NCBI GenBank assembly: GCA_964412535.1 | Contig: CAYPPF010000006.1 | Coordinates: 1-37,358 of the forward strand | Origin: an uncultured Gammaproteobacteria bacterium | GTDB lineage: Bacteria > Patescibacteriota > Patescibacteriia > Magasanikbacterales > UBA922 | DNA: 37,358 nucleotides | Reading direction: 5' to 3' | Part shown: piece after piece, positions 1 through 9,205 of the stretch | How positions within the stretch are numbered: position 1 is the first letter of the stretch | How the letters are laid out: each line of letters opens with the position of its first letter | Translations under genes and position numbers: made by a program | The notes under the pieces: generated by a model | What the model saw: the letters and a program-made list of their open reading frames with translations, nothing else | Databases searched by the model: none | Told to the model about the DNA's origin: nothing

Positions 1-459
1 CCATCCTTTACAGTCCTCTTCATGGATCTTTCCATGATGAAACATGGTGTAATTAGGGCAAATTAACTTGTAGTCATGCAAGGTCATTACTACTGGTATC
101 CCCTTCTTCTTTGCCACTGGTAAGATGGAAGGAGATATGTGATGGTAAATATTATGAAGGTGAAGCATGTCAATCTTTTCTTCCCTTAACAATTCCTTCA
201 TTCTCTTTCTAGCCTCAACAGAATACATCATTCTAAATACTGAGCTAATCTTCTTTCTCAGCCCAACCTTTCCAGGATCCTGTAGCTCCAATTCAGACAC
301 AAAAAACTTGTCATACTTGCTAGAAAGATTATTCTTATGACGCATCGCAAAAGGAATTACCCTGTTTCCATCCTTTTCCAGCAACTCTGACAAATACAAA
401 GCATAATTTGATGCTCCATCTCTCCACCAATAGAACTTATGTGCTTGAATAATATTCAT
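1..459 (-). CDS. Glycosyltransferase family 4, N-terminal part (3' end runs off the window)
   Basis: ATG at 459-457 overlaps the TGA of the upstream gene (ATGA). My translation is MNIIQAHKFYWWRDGASNYALYLSELLEKDGNRVIPF...MLHLHNIYHHISPSILPVAKKKGIPVVMTLHDYKLICPNY, which looks like a GT4 N-domain. It is absent from the ORF track because it is truncated. Confidence 0.7.
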   Translation of the reverse strand, partial: MNIIQAHKFYWWRDGASNYALYLSELLEKDGNRVIPFAMRHKNNLSSKYDKFFVSELELQDPGKVGLRKKISSVFRMMYSVEARKRMKELLREEKIDMLHLHNIYHHISPSILPVAKKKGIPVVMTLHDYKLICPNYTMFHHGKIHEEDCKGW

Positions 460-1520
460 ACTAATTTTTTATACAAATCACTATATTGTTTAATCATCTT
501 CTCTCTAGAGAAGCCTTTTTCTACAAAATCACGAGCCTTCTCCCCTAAAGTATAGTATTCTTCTTTATTTTCAAAAACATCTTTTATTTGCTTCCTTAAC
601 AAATCAACATCACCCACATCAAAGAGTAGTCCATTCTCTTTATGCTTCACTATCTCTAACAACCCACCCACATTAGAGGTAATAACTAGGCGACCAGCAG
701 CCATAGCTTCCAAAGCTACTATACCTAGCCCTTCCCAAAGGGATGGCATTAGAACAACCTCATTATTCTGCAAAACACCCACCACATCATTAGTTGGAGG
801 ACTAAAATCAACTCTATTACCAATATCTAACTCTTTAACCAGCTTTTTCAACTTTCCTTCTCTTTCCCCCTCACCCACTATATATAAATGCCAATTATAT
901 TCTTTCAATCCTGACAAAGCCCTAATAGCAATTTCATGCCCCTTTTGCTCTACTAACCGTCCTAGCATTAACAAATTTACACCCTCATTATCCTGTATTG
1001 GAGAAACAGAAGCAAAACCATGAATGTCTACTCCAAAATATGTGACAAGTACATCTTTCTTGATCCCATACGCCTTTCCCATATATTCTTTTACCTCTTT
1101 AGAACAAGCAGTATATGCATCTGTCTTGTCTTTCAATACCCTTTTCACAAGATGCTTTACAAACCCCTCGTCTTTGTTCACATTATGTTCTGTGGTCACC
1201 ACTGGCAAACCTAATTTTTTAGCTGCTAGTCTTCCCCATACATCTGCCCCAAAAAGATGAGTGTGTACAATGTCTGGCTCCATCTCCGCCAACACTTCTT
1301 TCAATCTACCAACCAATCCCAAGTCAATCTTTCCTTTCTTCTCCACCACCTTGATATCTGCATCCAAAGATTCTAATTCTTTAGCTAAGGGCTGATCATC
1401 AAAAAACAAAACAATTGAATATTTAAAATTCTCGTGATCTCCTCCTTTAATCAAATCAACCACAAATCTTTCTGCTCCACCAAATCGCAAGGTGGGAATT
1501 ATATGGACTATTTTTTTCAT
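456..1520 (-). CDS. Glycosyltransferase, GT4/group 1 family
   Basis: 354-aa ORF. N-terminus MKKIVHIIPTLRFGGAERFVVDL and C-terminal EGLGIVALEAMAAGRLVITSNVGG (the E-x7-E type GT-B motif). Start and stop overlap the neighbouring genes, consistent with an operon. Confidence 0.85.
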   Translation of the reverse strand: MKKIVHIIPTLRFGGAERFVVDLIKGGDHENFKYSIVLFFDDQPLAKELESLDADIKVVEKKGKIDLGLVGRLKEVLAEMEPDIVHTHLFGADVWGRLAAKKLGLPVVTTEHNVNKDEGFVKHLVKRVLKDKTDAYTACSKEVKEYMGKAYGIKKDVLVTYFGVDIHGFASVSPIQDNEGVNLLMLGRLVEQKGHEIAIRALSGLKEYNWHLYIVGEGEREGKLKKLVKELDIGNRVDFSPPTNDVVGVLQNNEVVLMPSLWEGLGIVALEAMAAGRLVITSNVGGLLEIVKHKENGLLFDVGDVDLLRKQIKDVFENKEEYYTLGEKARDFVEKGFSREKMIKQYSDLYKKLV

Positions 1521-2944
1521 ATATCTTTTTGAATAAACTTAGTACTAGCCAAAGCTATACCCAAGGGCATCCACATTACACCATGAAAATATGAGGTATT
1601 GAAAAGCTGGAACACGACTGCCCCTAACGCAGTCAATAGCATCATTTGATAAAATAGTTTAGTGTCTCCTTCAGACCTCTTCTGTGCACTGTATAGGTGA
1701 GAAAAAATCACAATCAAGAAAACAATAAACAAGAGTGATCCAACTAATCCTTCTTCCAAAACAAGCTTTTGCAATAATCCATGGGCGTCTAGTGGTTCAC
1801 CATACTCCAACACATGCACAAAAGTGTCTCCTAGAACGCGTACATACATTCCTGGACCGTACCCCCACAAAGGAGAACGCCCCACATAGTATGCCACAGT
1901 CTTTGTAGTCTCTAGCCTAGACTGAGTAGAACTAGCAACAGTAGAAGATCCTAGAAAACTCACCATATATCCAAAAACCACTAAACTAACTACAGTAATA
2001 GATGTCAGCCATATCACCCTTCCTTTCATAAACTCCGCTATCTTCTTCCTGCCCAACAAAACCAATCCCACAACCAATTGTGCTGCAAGAGCAACCCAAG
2101 CTGCTCTTGAAAGAGTCAGTAGTGCAGAAGCAAACAAGATAACTGTTATCCAACAATATAACCGACTCATGTCTCCCTTCTTCTTAGAAACTAAGAAGAA
2201 ATACAAAGCAATTGGTATTATAGGAATAAGGGCTTCGGCTAATAGGTTGTGATTATATCCCAGGGGAGCAAATCCTCTAATACCATATGGTACCACTCTC
2301 CACCAAATCCCCTGCTCCACCACTAATAAAGATGAGAGACCAAAAAACGCTATAGCACCACCAACCCACAACCATACACGAAGTGCTTTCAACAAAATTT
2401 CTTTTTTGAAAGTAACTAAATAAGGAAAAAACAAATATGCTAAAAATACAAATACCATTGGACGCAATAGATACTTCAAGCTAGCGCCAAAATAATGTTG
2501 TTCATACACTCCTGACAAAGAAACAAAAGAAGAAATGATAAACAAGGAATATAGTAAAACAACCCACATCAATCCTTTCAGGTCTTTCTTTTCCACCCTC
2601 ACTATCCTGAATACCCATGCTAAAAACAAGCTAATCAAAATCACCACTGCAAACAAATCAACCAAAGGTGCGTTTATGTATGGTAAAACAGGATACTCTT
2701 TAGCCCAACTATATAAAGAAAAATTAATTTCCCATCCCAGGAAAAAAGACAGTCCAGCCAACACATACAAGCCCCAATCCAGATGCAACGCAAACACTAT
2801 TACCAATACAGCTAGAAAAGAAAGAAGTAAAAACCAAGGGACAAATATGTATGACAACACAAGTACTGTCCCAAATAACAAAATCCACCAAATAGAAAAG
2901 ATTGGTAAGCCAAAAAATACCTTTGTATCTCTAGTATTTTGCAT
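1517..2944 (-). CDS. O-antigen ligase/polymerase-like (Wzy_C-type) polytopic membrane protein
   Basis: 475-aa ORF with many hydrophobic segments and a large loop, typical of the O-antigen ligase family. It overlaps the downstream GT4 gene by 4 nt. Confidence 0.65.
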   Translation of the reverse strand: MQNTRDTKVFFGLPIFSIWWILLFGTVLVLSYIFVPWFLLLSFLAVLVIVFALHLDWGLYVLAGLSFFLGWEINFSLYSWAKEYPVLPYINAPLVDLFAVVILISLFLAWVFRIVRVEKKDLKGLMWVVLLYSLFIISSFVSLSGVYEQHYFGASLKYLLRPMVFVFLAYLFFPYLVTFKKEILLKALRVWLWVGGAIAFFGLSSLLVVEQGIWWRVVPYGIRGFAPLGYNHNLLAEALIPIIPIALYFFLVSKKKGDMSRLYCWITVILFASALLTLSRAAWVALAAQLVVGLVLLGRKKIAEFMKGRVIWLTSITVVSLVVFGYMVSFLGSSTVASSTQSRLETTKTVAYYVGRSPLWGYGPGMYVRVLGDTFVHVLEYGEPLDAHGLLQKLVLEEGLVGSLLFIVFLIVIFSHLYSAQKRSEGDTKLFYQMMLLTALGAVVFQLFNTSYFHGVMWMPLGIALASTKFIQKDI

Positions 2945-2959
2945 ATAATTTACTTATAT

Positions 2960-2987
2960 ATTATACCAAAAAACACCTTTTTTTCAA
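2960..2987 (-). promoter_or_regulatory. Sigma70-type promoter TTGAAA-16-TGgTATAAT for the ligase/GT operon
   Basis: Minus-sense agcTTGAAAaaaaggtgttttttggTATAATatataagtaaattatATG. The -10 ends about 15 nt before the ATG at 2944, so the leader is very short and has no SD. Confidence 0.5.
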
Positions 2988-3004
2988 GCTTTTGGCCTAA
3001 CACA

Positions 3005-3030
3005 AAAGCAGTTCTCTAGAGAACTGCTTT
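3005..3030. terminator. Perfect palindromic hairpin, terminator downstream of the sigma gene
   Basis: aaagcagttctctagagaactgcttt is a perfect palindrome. In minus sense it is followed by TTTTGTGTT. It lies between the sigma stop (3069) and the next promoter. Confidence 0.6.
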
Positions 3031-3068
3031 CGAGGACGCTCAAACCAGTGGCTTGAGCAAAGGAACAA

Positions 3069-4289
3069 CTAAACCTCACTTTCCAAAAGATCAGACACTA
3101 TCCTTGACCTCTGGGAAGGTGAAAGATGAATCATGCCAACCCGCAACTGCCTTACCAGCAACTTCTGCTGTACAGTCAATGACGGCTTGGCTGGTTTGGC
3201 CTGTAGCAAGGAAACTACTACCGGTTCCTCTACAACTGGAGTGATGGGTACTGGCTCCACCAGCCTGAGGACAGGCTGCTCCACAGGAGCAACAGGCGGA
3301 TTAAGCTTAACTTCAGGCGAAGATTGAACCACCTCAGGCTCTTCATCCTCTTCCAAAAACTCGGTAGAGTATGTATAACCTCCAGCAGACCAATCAATTA
3401 CCTCGCCTTCTGCCTTTTCCAAACTACCCAAGGCAAGATGCAATGTTTGCAAGGCTCTTTTTTCCAACTGGCGCACCCTCTCCTTGCTGATACCGAGCAT
3501 TTTGCCCAACTCCCGCAATGTGAGGTTCTTTGTAGGATTAAGATGACGCAAAGAAACTATCCTTGCCTCTCTCTCCTCGAGCAAATCAAGAGCGTTGGCA
3601 AGATTGAATTCGCGAATCCAAGCCTGTTCATGATCCATGAACTCGGTTTCCACCAGACTTGCACCATCAGTAGAGGTACTGAATACTTCATACAACATCT
3701 GAGAGCTCTCATCACCATGCTTCACAGGCGCATCCAAGGAAAAGTCTCTCCCGTTGATCCGCCTTTGCATTTCCCCAACATCTTCTTCAGTGCCGCCCAC
3801 ATAATCTGCGACCTTTTGCCTGTACTCTGCCTCGTTCTCCACACCCTGCATTATCTTAGCTCTTTTCTTTGAGCTTTGTAGGTTATTGAAGATCCTCCTT
3901 TGTAGCTGCGTAGTTCCGATCTTCACCAAGCTCCAGTTCTTCAGGATGTACTCCTGAATAAATGCCCGGATCCACCAGACAGCATAGGAAATGAGACGAA
4001 AGCCTTTGCTAGGGTTGAATGACTTTAATGCCCTCACCAGTCCAGCGTTCCCTTCCTGGATCAAATCAAGAAGTTGGAACCCATAATTACGGTACTCCAG
4101 GGCCACCTTTACAACAAACCGCAGATTTGCCTCAACCAGCTGATCAGCAAGCTTTTGCTCTTTGGTTTCGAAAAACAAACCAGCAATACGTACCTCCTCT
4201 TCTGGAGGCATCAACGGCTTTTTGCTTATCACCTCAAAATACGTGGCTGCACTCCCCCAAAAGAAAGAAGAAGCTTTTTCCCGACTCAT
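3069..4289 (-). CDS. RpoH-like (sigma-32 family) sigma-70 factor with a C-terminal extension of about 100 aa
   Basis: Start chosen at MSREKASS (ATG 4289), preceded by AAAGGAGGGGAAT. Region 2: DLIQEGNAGLVRALKSFNPSKGFRLISYAVWWIRAFIQEYI. RpoH-box-like VKIGTTQLQRRIFNNL. Region 4.2: LTLRELGKMLGISKERVRQLEKRAL. A Pro/Val/Glu-rich tail follows. Confidence 0.85.
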   Translation of the reverse strand: MSREKASSFFWGSAATYFEVISKKPLMPPEEEVRIAGLFFETKEQKLADQLVEANLRFVVKVALEYRNYGFQLLDLIQEGNAGLVRALKSFNPSKGFRLISYAVWWIRAFIQEYILKNWSLVKIGTTQLQRRIFNNLQSSKKRAKIMQGVENEAEYRQKVADYVGGTEEDVGEMQRRINGRDFSLDAPVKHGDESSQMLYEVFSTSTDGASLVETEFMDHEQAWIREFNLANALDLLEEREARIVSLRHLNPTKNLTLRELGKMLGISKERVRQLEKRALQTLHLALGSLEKAEGEVIDWSAGGYTYSTEFLEEDEEPEVVQSSPEVKLNPPVAPVEQPVLRLVEPVPITPVVEEPVVVSLLQAKPAKPSLTVQQKLLVRQLRVGMIHLSPSQRSRIVSDLLESEV

Positions 4290-4332
4290 ATTCCCCTCCT
4301 TTGTGGGTAGTAGTGAAATGTACGTGATGTAT

Positions 4333-4361
4333 ATTAAACCACACACACGCGACAAGGTCAA
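4333..4361 (-). promoter_or_regulatory. Sigma70-type promoter TTGACC-17-TGgTTTAAT upstream of the sigma gene
   Basis: Minus-sense tatTTGACCttgtcgcgtgtgtgtggTTTAATatacat. The -10 ends about 43 nt before the ATG at 4289. Confidence 0.5.
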
Positions 4362-4364
4362 TAT

Positions 4365-4389
4365 ACAAAAAATCCCTCTTAAAGGGATT
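4365..4389 (-). terminator. Rho-independent terminator candidate after the 849-aa lipoprotein gene
   Basis: Minus-sense AATCCCTttaagAGGGATT followed by TTTTTTG. Confidence 0.5.
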
Positions 4390-4551
4390 ACTTGTCCTCT
4401 CCTGCACACCATAAATGATGAGCATGAGAGATTCCCGCAGCATGTTGCCACACCGCGGGAAAGATATCATCTCAGGGTTGCTCCTTGCGCGAAGTCTCGC
4501 ACTCAAAGCTATACTGAAACGAAATTCATGATTGACAGGAAGGAATCCTGA

Positions 4552-7101
4552 CTAGCAGCCGTTGACTGCGTCCTCGGGACATGGGTCAGCGCCGTCTTCG
4601 ACCTTGTCACCGTCGGTATCGGTACCTGGTGCGAACCACCAGTTGATACCGCTCATGCCGTTGTCCTTGTCGCCCACGGAAACGGCTTGGAAGGTGTTGA
4701 CACCATCGAAGTATGAATATGAGACGGTTCCGACCGTCCCACAGCCATCAGGGGGCTCGAAACATGAAGCCATATACACACCCGAAGGCTCGGCTTCGAT
4801 ATTCACCTTGCATTCGGTGATCAGGCCGCTGGCAACGGTACTATAGTTGAATACGACCGGTCCGTCGAACGGAGGGAGAAGTGTGTCCTTAACTCCCCAG
4901 GGCAAGGGCACTACATTCTGCCCCTTGCATTCAACCCAAAGCTTGAGCTCGGTGGTGCCACCTGGTACAGCCGCGGGAACGGTAACGTAGGTCAGATCGA
5001 ACTGCCCGATTTCAGGCGGGAGCACGCAGGTGCCGGTAGCGTCGCAAGCCTCGCCGTCCGCACAATCACCACATGAACCATTGCAACCATCATCGCCACA
5101 GGACTTACCATCGCAATCGGGAACGCAAGGTGCTTCGCATGCACCGTTAACACAGGTTTCACCCTGTGCACAATCTGCGTCGTCCATGCAGTCGGGACAG
5201 TTGTCCTGTCCCAGGCAGTCTGCGTCGTCGCAATCCACATCGCTGTCGCCATCGTTGTCCAGGCCGTCGCTGCACATGGATTCCGGGTTGCAGAAAGGTG
5301 ATCCGGCACAGCCGTCGTCATCGCAATCGGTAAGTCCATCCTGGTCGTTGTCAAGACCATCGCTGCAGTTGTCACCCTCCCCTTCGGGGCTGGGCTCGCA
5401 GACACCGGCGTTACAGGCCTCACCCATCTGGCAGTCGCCACATGAGCCGTTACAGCCATCATCGCCACAGGACTTGCCCACACAGTCGGGGACACACTGG
5501 ATAACGCAGAGGAAATCGATGCAATCGGCACCGGGAAGGCAATTGCCACACAGACCACCGCAACCGTCGTCGCCACACTGTTTGCCGTTGCAATCAGGAA
5601 CGCAGGGGTTACACATGGGGTCGTCGACACAAGAAGCGTCATCGCAGTCAACCTCACCGTTGCCGTTGTTGTCGATGCCGTCCGCGCAGTAGTCCGTGTT
5701 CTGCGGGTCCTTACACCCACTGGCCTCGGAGGTCTTGTCGCCATCCGAGCAAAACCACTCCTGGAACGGACCACACTCGATGAGCAATTCCCAGACGCCG
5801 AAACCGTTGCCTTCATCGAGGCACTCCCAGTATCCCAGGTTATCACTATCCTGAGGCTTGCGACAAGCAGGTCCGATGCTGTTACACCAGTCTGCTTCGC
5901 AGGCGCCGGCCACGCACTTGCCATCAGTACAGTCGGTACCGTCGGCTTCGTCGTCGTATACGCATTGGCCGGTCTGGAAGTCGCACCAGTCAGTGGTGCA
6001 TTCGTTGGCGTCATCACAATCGAGGAGTTGACCGGTACATTGGCCATTGACGCAGGTGTCGCCGTCGGTACAGAGATCCGTGTCATCGCACACCACATTG
6101 TCGAGCGGTGCGTTCTGACAGCCATCGGCCGGCGCACAGGTGTCTTCAGTACACTCGTTGGAGTCATCACAATCAAGTACTCCGTCCGAAGTGCAGGTCC
6201 CATCGGTACAAACATCACCGGTAGTGCAGGCATCTGCGTCGTCACAGACCGTTCCCTCCATCATGGCAGGATCGTTGACACAACCGGCTGCCGGATCGCA
6301 CGAATCCTCGGTACACTGGTTTGCGTCATCGCACTCGACCGGAGGACCCACGCAGTTGCCCTGTCCATCGCACTGGTCATCCATGGTACAGGGGTTGGCG
6401 TCGTCGCAGACCGTTCCTTCGAGAGCCATGCTGTAGATGCACTCTCCTACGGGACTGCACGAATCGGTGGTGCAGGGGTCGCTGTCGTCGCATTCGGCAT
6501 TCTCTTCGCAGGCCTGCGGGGGCACGCACTTGGCCCAATCCGGGTAAATACCGGAAATCTCGCAGGTTGCCTGCTCATCATCACAGGCCATGACCGTCGC
6601 GTACAGCGTGCATTCTCCCGTCTCTTCGGAACAGTCATAGGGGAGACAGGCCCACTTGCTGTCGTAGGGCACACCGTCGAGAGTCGCATCCCCACACCAG
6701 GTGGTATAGGGGGGTCCGCAGTTGCCATCGCCGTTGGAGTCCAGATCCGCTTCCTTCAACTCCACTTCCCCTTCCAGGGCGTGATACGAGGTAACATACC
6801 CCGTCTGATCCGGAAGCGCCACGCAACCGTTTGGGGTACAAACCCCGTCGCACCGGAAAGTGGTGCCGTCCTCTACGCGCTTGGCATACCAAACACTGTC
6901 CTTGGACATGAGGCACTTGTAGTCGCCCTTGTCCAGGACAACACTGCCCTGATCCTTGGCCTTCTGGTGCATTTCGGCCTTCTTGGCCTCGGGCACCTTG
7001 GAGATTTCCACTTCGGACTTTTTGGAGCTCTCCACTGCTCCGCAAGCCACCATAATTACGACCACCAGGGTCGCCACAGTGTACAACATTGCCTTTTTCA
7101 T
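4552..7101 (-). CDS. Very large secreted cysteine-rich repeat lipoprotein (849 aa)
   Basis: Start chosen at MKKAMLYTVATLVVVIMVAC (lipobox MVAC), preceded by GGAGGAacca. Contains many CDDxNxCTxDxC repeats, three CVPDCxGKxCGDDGCxGxCGxC units, CxDGxDNDxDGxxDCDDxxC units and a C-terminal TDTDGDKVEDGADPCP (thrombospondin type 3-like) motif. GC-rich codons. Confidence 0.8.
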   Translation of the reverse strand: MKKAMLYTVATLVVVIMVACGAVESSKKSEVEISKVPEAKKAEMHQKAKDQGSVVLDKGDYKCLMSKDSVWYAKRVEDGTTFRCDGVCTPNGCVALPDQTGYVTSYHALEGEVELKEADLDSNGDGNCGPPYTTWCGDATLDGVPYDSKWACLPYDCSEETGECTLYATVMACDDEQATCEISGIYPDWAKCVPPQACEENAECDDSDPCTTDSCSPVGECIYSMALEGTVCDDANPCTMDDQCDGQGNCVGPPVECDDANQCTEDSCDPAAGCVNDPAMMEGTVCDDADACTTGDVCTDGTCTSDGVLDCDDSNECTEDTCAPADGCQNAPLDNVVCDDTDLCTDGDTCVNGQCTGQLLDCDDANECTTDWCDFQTGQCVYDDEADGTDCTDGKCVAGACEADWCNSIGPACRKPQDSDNLGYWECLDEGNGFGVWELLIECGPFQEWFCSDGDKTSEASGCKDPQNTDYCADGIDNNGNGEVDCDDASCVDDPMCNPCVPDCNGKQCGDDGCGGLCGNCLPGADCIDFLCVIQCVPDCVGKSCGDDGCNGSCGDCQMGEACNAGVCEPSPEGEGDNCSDGLDNDQDGLTDCDDDGCAGSPFCNPESMCSDGLDNDGDSDVDCDDADCLGQDNCPDCMDDADCAQGETCVNGACEAPCVPDCDGKSCGDDGCNGSCGDCADGEACDATGTCVLPPEIGQFDLTYVTVPAAVPGGTTELKLWVECKGQNVVPLPWGVKDTLLPPFDGPVVFNYSTVASGLITECKVNIEAEPSGVYMASCFEPPDGCGTVGTVSYSYFDGVNTFQAVSVGDKDNGMSGINWWFAPGTDTDGDKVEDGADPCPEDAVNGC

Positions 7102-7266
7102 TGGTTCCTCCATGTTAAAGGCAGATTCAAAAAAGATGTGCTGCTAAACTTCAGCAGCTAGTTTCCTATCAATCAAATGTAACGATCGTGGGAAAAACAG
7201 ATTCCCAAATTGTATTTCTCAAGCGCATTGAGGAATATAATCTAGAAAATTGTACTTGTGTGTCCC

Positions 7267-7304
7267 TACCCGCACCCTGGACACGAAGTCGCAGGGTGCG
7301 GGTA
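7267..7304 (-). terminator. Strong GC-rich hairpin downstream of the 616-aa lipoprotein gene (no clear U-tract)
   Basis: 13-bp stem ACCCGCACCCTG.../...CAGGGTGCGGGT about 50 nt after the stop at 7355. Confidence 0.35.
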
Positions 7305-7354
7305 TAGGACACTGGAAGGAGGAACAGGCCCAGAAGAAAGGACCCTCGGGAAAA

Positions 7355-9205
7355 TCAAGGTTGTTTGCAAACCAGGTTGACACAGACCCACTCGGTGATG
7401 AGTCCGCAGACTTCAGTGACGACCCATACGCCACCCTGACATTCTGCCACAGTTTGCAGAGAAAGATCTCCGAAGGTCTTGCAGGCCTTCTCATCTTCCT
7501 CGCACTCTTGTGGTTCAACCAGAACAGGGGTACACTCTCCGACTACTTGCCCATTCTCCAGAACGGGCAGGCACTCGAAGTTGTCCGGGCAGTTGAACTC
7601 TTGGTTCTCACACTGCTCGGTCTGGACGTTGCAGAAGTCCACAGTGCACGGATCATCGTCTGAGCAGTCCTCAGGGCAGTTTGCCCCGATATCAACACAA
7701 TCTCCGGAAAACGCGTCGCACACCTGTCCCTGGTTGCAAGACAAGTTCGTGAAGACACACATGCCTTGGTCGCACATCTCCACGGTGCAGGGATTACCAT
7801 CTTCGCAGTCGGCCATGCCTTCGCAACCTGCAACAACGCATTGCGCATTCTGGCACATGGTGCCACCGACACAAGGTAAGCCCTGAGCCACGCACTTACC
7901 GCCATCGCAGTAGTCGAACGTGCAGTCGTTCTCGTCGTCACAGTCGACTGCTGTGAGACACCCCTGTGCTTCGCAATTTCCAGTGTTGGCATTGCAGAAA
8001 GTCCCTTCCCCGCAGGGTTTGGGATCGTGTACGCACTGCTCGGTCTGGGGATCGCAATAGTCCTTGGTGCACGGATCGTCGTCTGTGCAATTTTCCGGAC
8101 AGTTAGTGCCCAGCTTGACGCAATCGCCATCCATATCGCACACTTCGCCGTCATCGCATTCCTTGAGTTGGAATACGCACTGTCCTGCATCGCAGAAATC
8201 CTGCGTACACAGAACATTGTCGTCACAGTCCAGTGCGGACTGACAGACCGGTGAAGGCATACATGCTCCATCCTGACAGAACGTTCCGTTCCCGCATGAC
8301 ACGGGCTCGTACACGCACTTGAAAGTCTGTGGGTCACACGAGTCGTCAGTGCAGGGGTTGGAATCGTCGCATCCGTCGGTGCAATCTGTTGGTGCGTTGG
8401 TGCAAAACCAATCAAAGGGTGGAGCAGCGTCCACCACCACACAAAAATCAGTTGTGGTGGGGTCACCATCATCGCAATCCTTGGACTGGAACACGCACTG
8501 ACCAGTGTCAAGATCACACTGTCCAGGCATGCATGGGTTAGGACCCTCGCATGCCGCATGCGACTCGCACTTGAACACACACTCTGGCTCGCCTTCGAGC
8601 GCCATGCACTTGTGATACTTCGGACAAACGAACTTCTCGTGTTCGCAACTACCCGTCTGCACATTGCAGAAGTCCACAGTGCACGGATCGTCGTCTGCGC
8701 AGTTGCCACAATCCGTACTGGATATGTGGTGGCAATTGCCAGTGACTGATTCGCAGGTGTCCACGGTCTCCTCGTCCTCGTCGTCGCAATTGACGTCGAA
8801 GAATGAAAGCATTCCTGTGATCGGATCGCACACCGTAACAATGCACATATCCGAGATAAACGGGTCAGGCGGGCATTCCTTTACCGGAAACTTACATTCG
8901 CCGAGAACGCCCACGCACTCATACCCATCAGGGCACTTGTCTATGGAAACGCATTCGCCGTTCACGCACACCCCGATCTTACACACATCCTTGGTGTCAC
9001 ACTCAGCTGCTGATTTACAGCCTTCTTCTTCGACCGGTTCGGTCACGTCAGGCTTGGGCTCGACTTTCGGGCAATCATTACCCTCACAAACTACGGTTTC
9101 TTCACCCTTGTTCTGGGCGTTGACGTAGTCTGCCGTGCCACATCCGTTAATGAAAACTACGGTCGCAAGGACCAGGATCGAACTGATGCTCGAAAGCTTC
9201 TTCAT
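7355..9205 (-). CDS. Secreted cysteine-rich repeat lipoprotein (616 aa), paralogous in repeat type to 4552..7101
   Basis: Start chosen at MKKLSSISSILVLATVVFINGC (lipobox INGC), preceded by GGGGAGGAGtacc. Repeated DDDPCT(V/K)D(F/Y)C(N/D)xQTxxCxH units alternate with CxxGxxCxxGxC units. Confidence 0.8.
   Translation of the reverse strand: MKKLSSISSILVLATVVFINGCGTADYVNAQNKGEETVVCEGNDCPKVEPKPDVTEPVEEEGCKSAAECDTKDVCKIGVCVNGECVSIDKCPDGYECVGVLGECKFPVKECPPDPFISDMCIVTVCDPITGMLSFFDVNCDDEDEETVDTCESVTGNCHHISSTDCGNCADDDPCTVDFCNVQTGSCEHEKFVCPKYHKCMALEGEPECVFKCESHAACEGPNPCMPGQCDLDTGQCVFQSKDCDDGDPTTTDFCVVVDAAPPFDWFCTNAPTDCTDGCDDSNPCTDDSCDPQTFKCVYEPVSCGNGTFCQDGACMPSPVCQSALDCDDNVLCTQDFCDAGQCVFQLKECDDGEVCDMDGDCVKLGTNCPENCTDDDPCTKDYCDPQTEQCVHDPKPCGEGTFCNANTGNCEAQGCLTAVDCDDENDCTFDYCDGGKCVAQGLPCVGGTMCQNAQCVVAGCEGMADCEDGNPCTVEMCDQGMCVFTNLSCNQGQVCDAFSGDCVDIGANCPEDCSDDDPCTVDFCNVQTEQCENQEFNCPDNFECLPVLENGQVVGECTPVLVEPQECEEDEKACKTFGDLSLQTVAECQGGVWVVTEVCGLITEWVCVNLVCKQP

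Noticed and set aside
4290-4451. An N-terminal 54-aa extension of the sigma ORF (MATCCGNLSCSSFMVCRR...).
   Set aside because: It is Cys/Leu-rich and unlike sigma N-termini. It overlaps the predicted promoter and a terminator hairpin. The internal ATG at 4289 has a perfect AAGGAGGGG SD 5 nt upstream.
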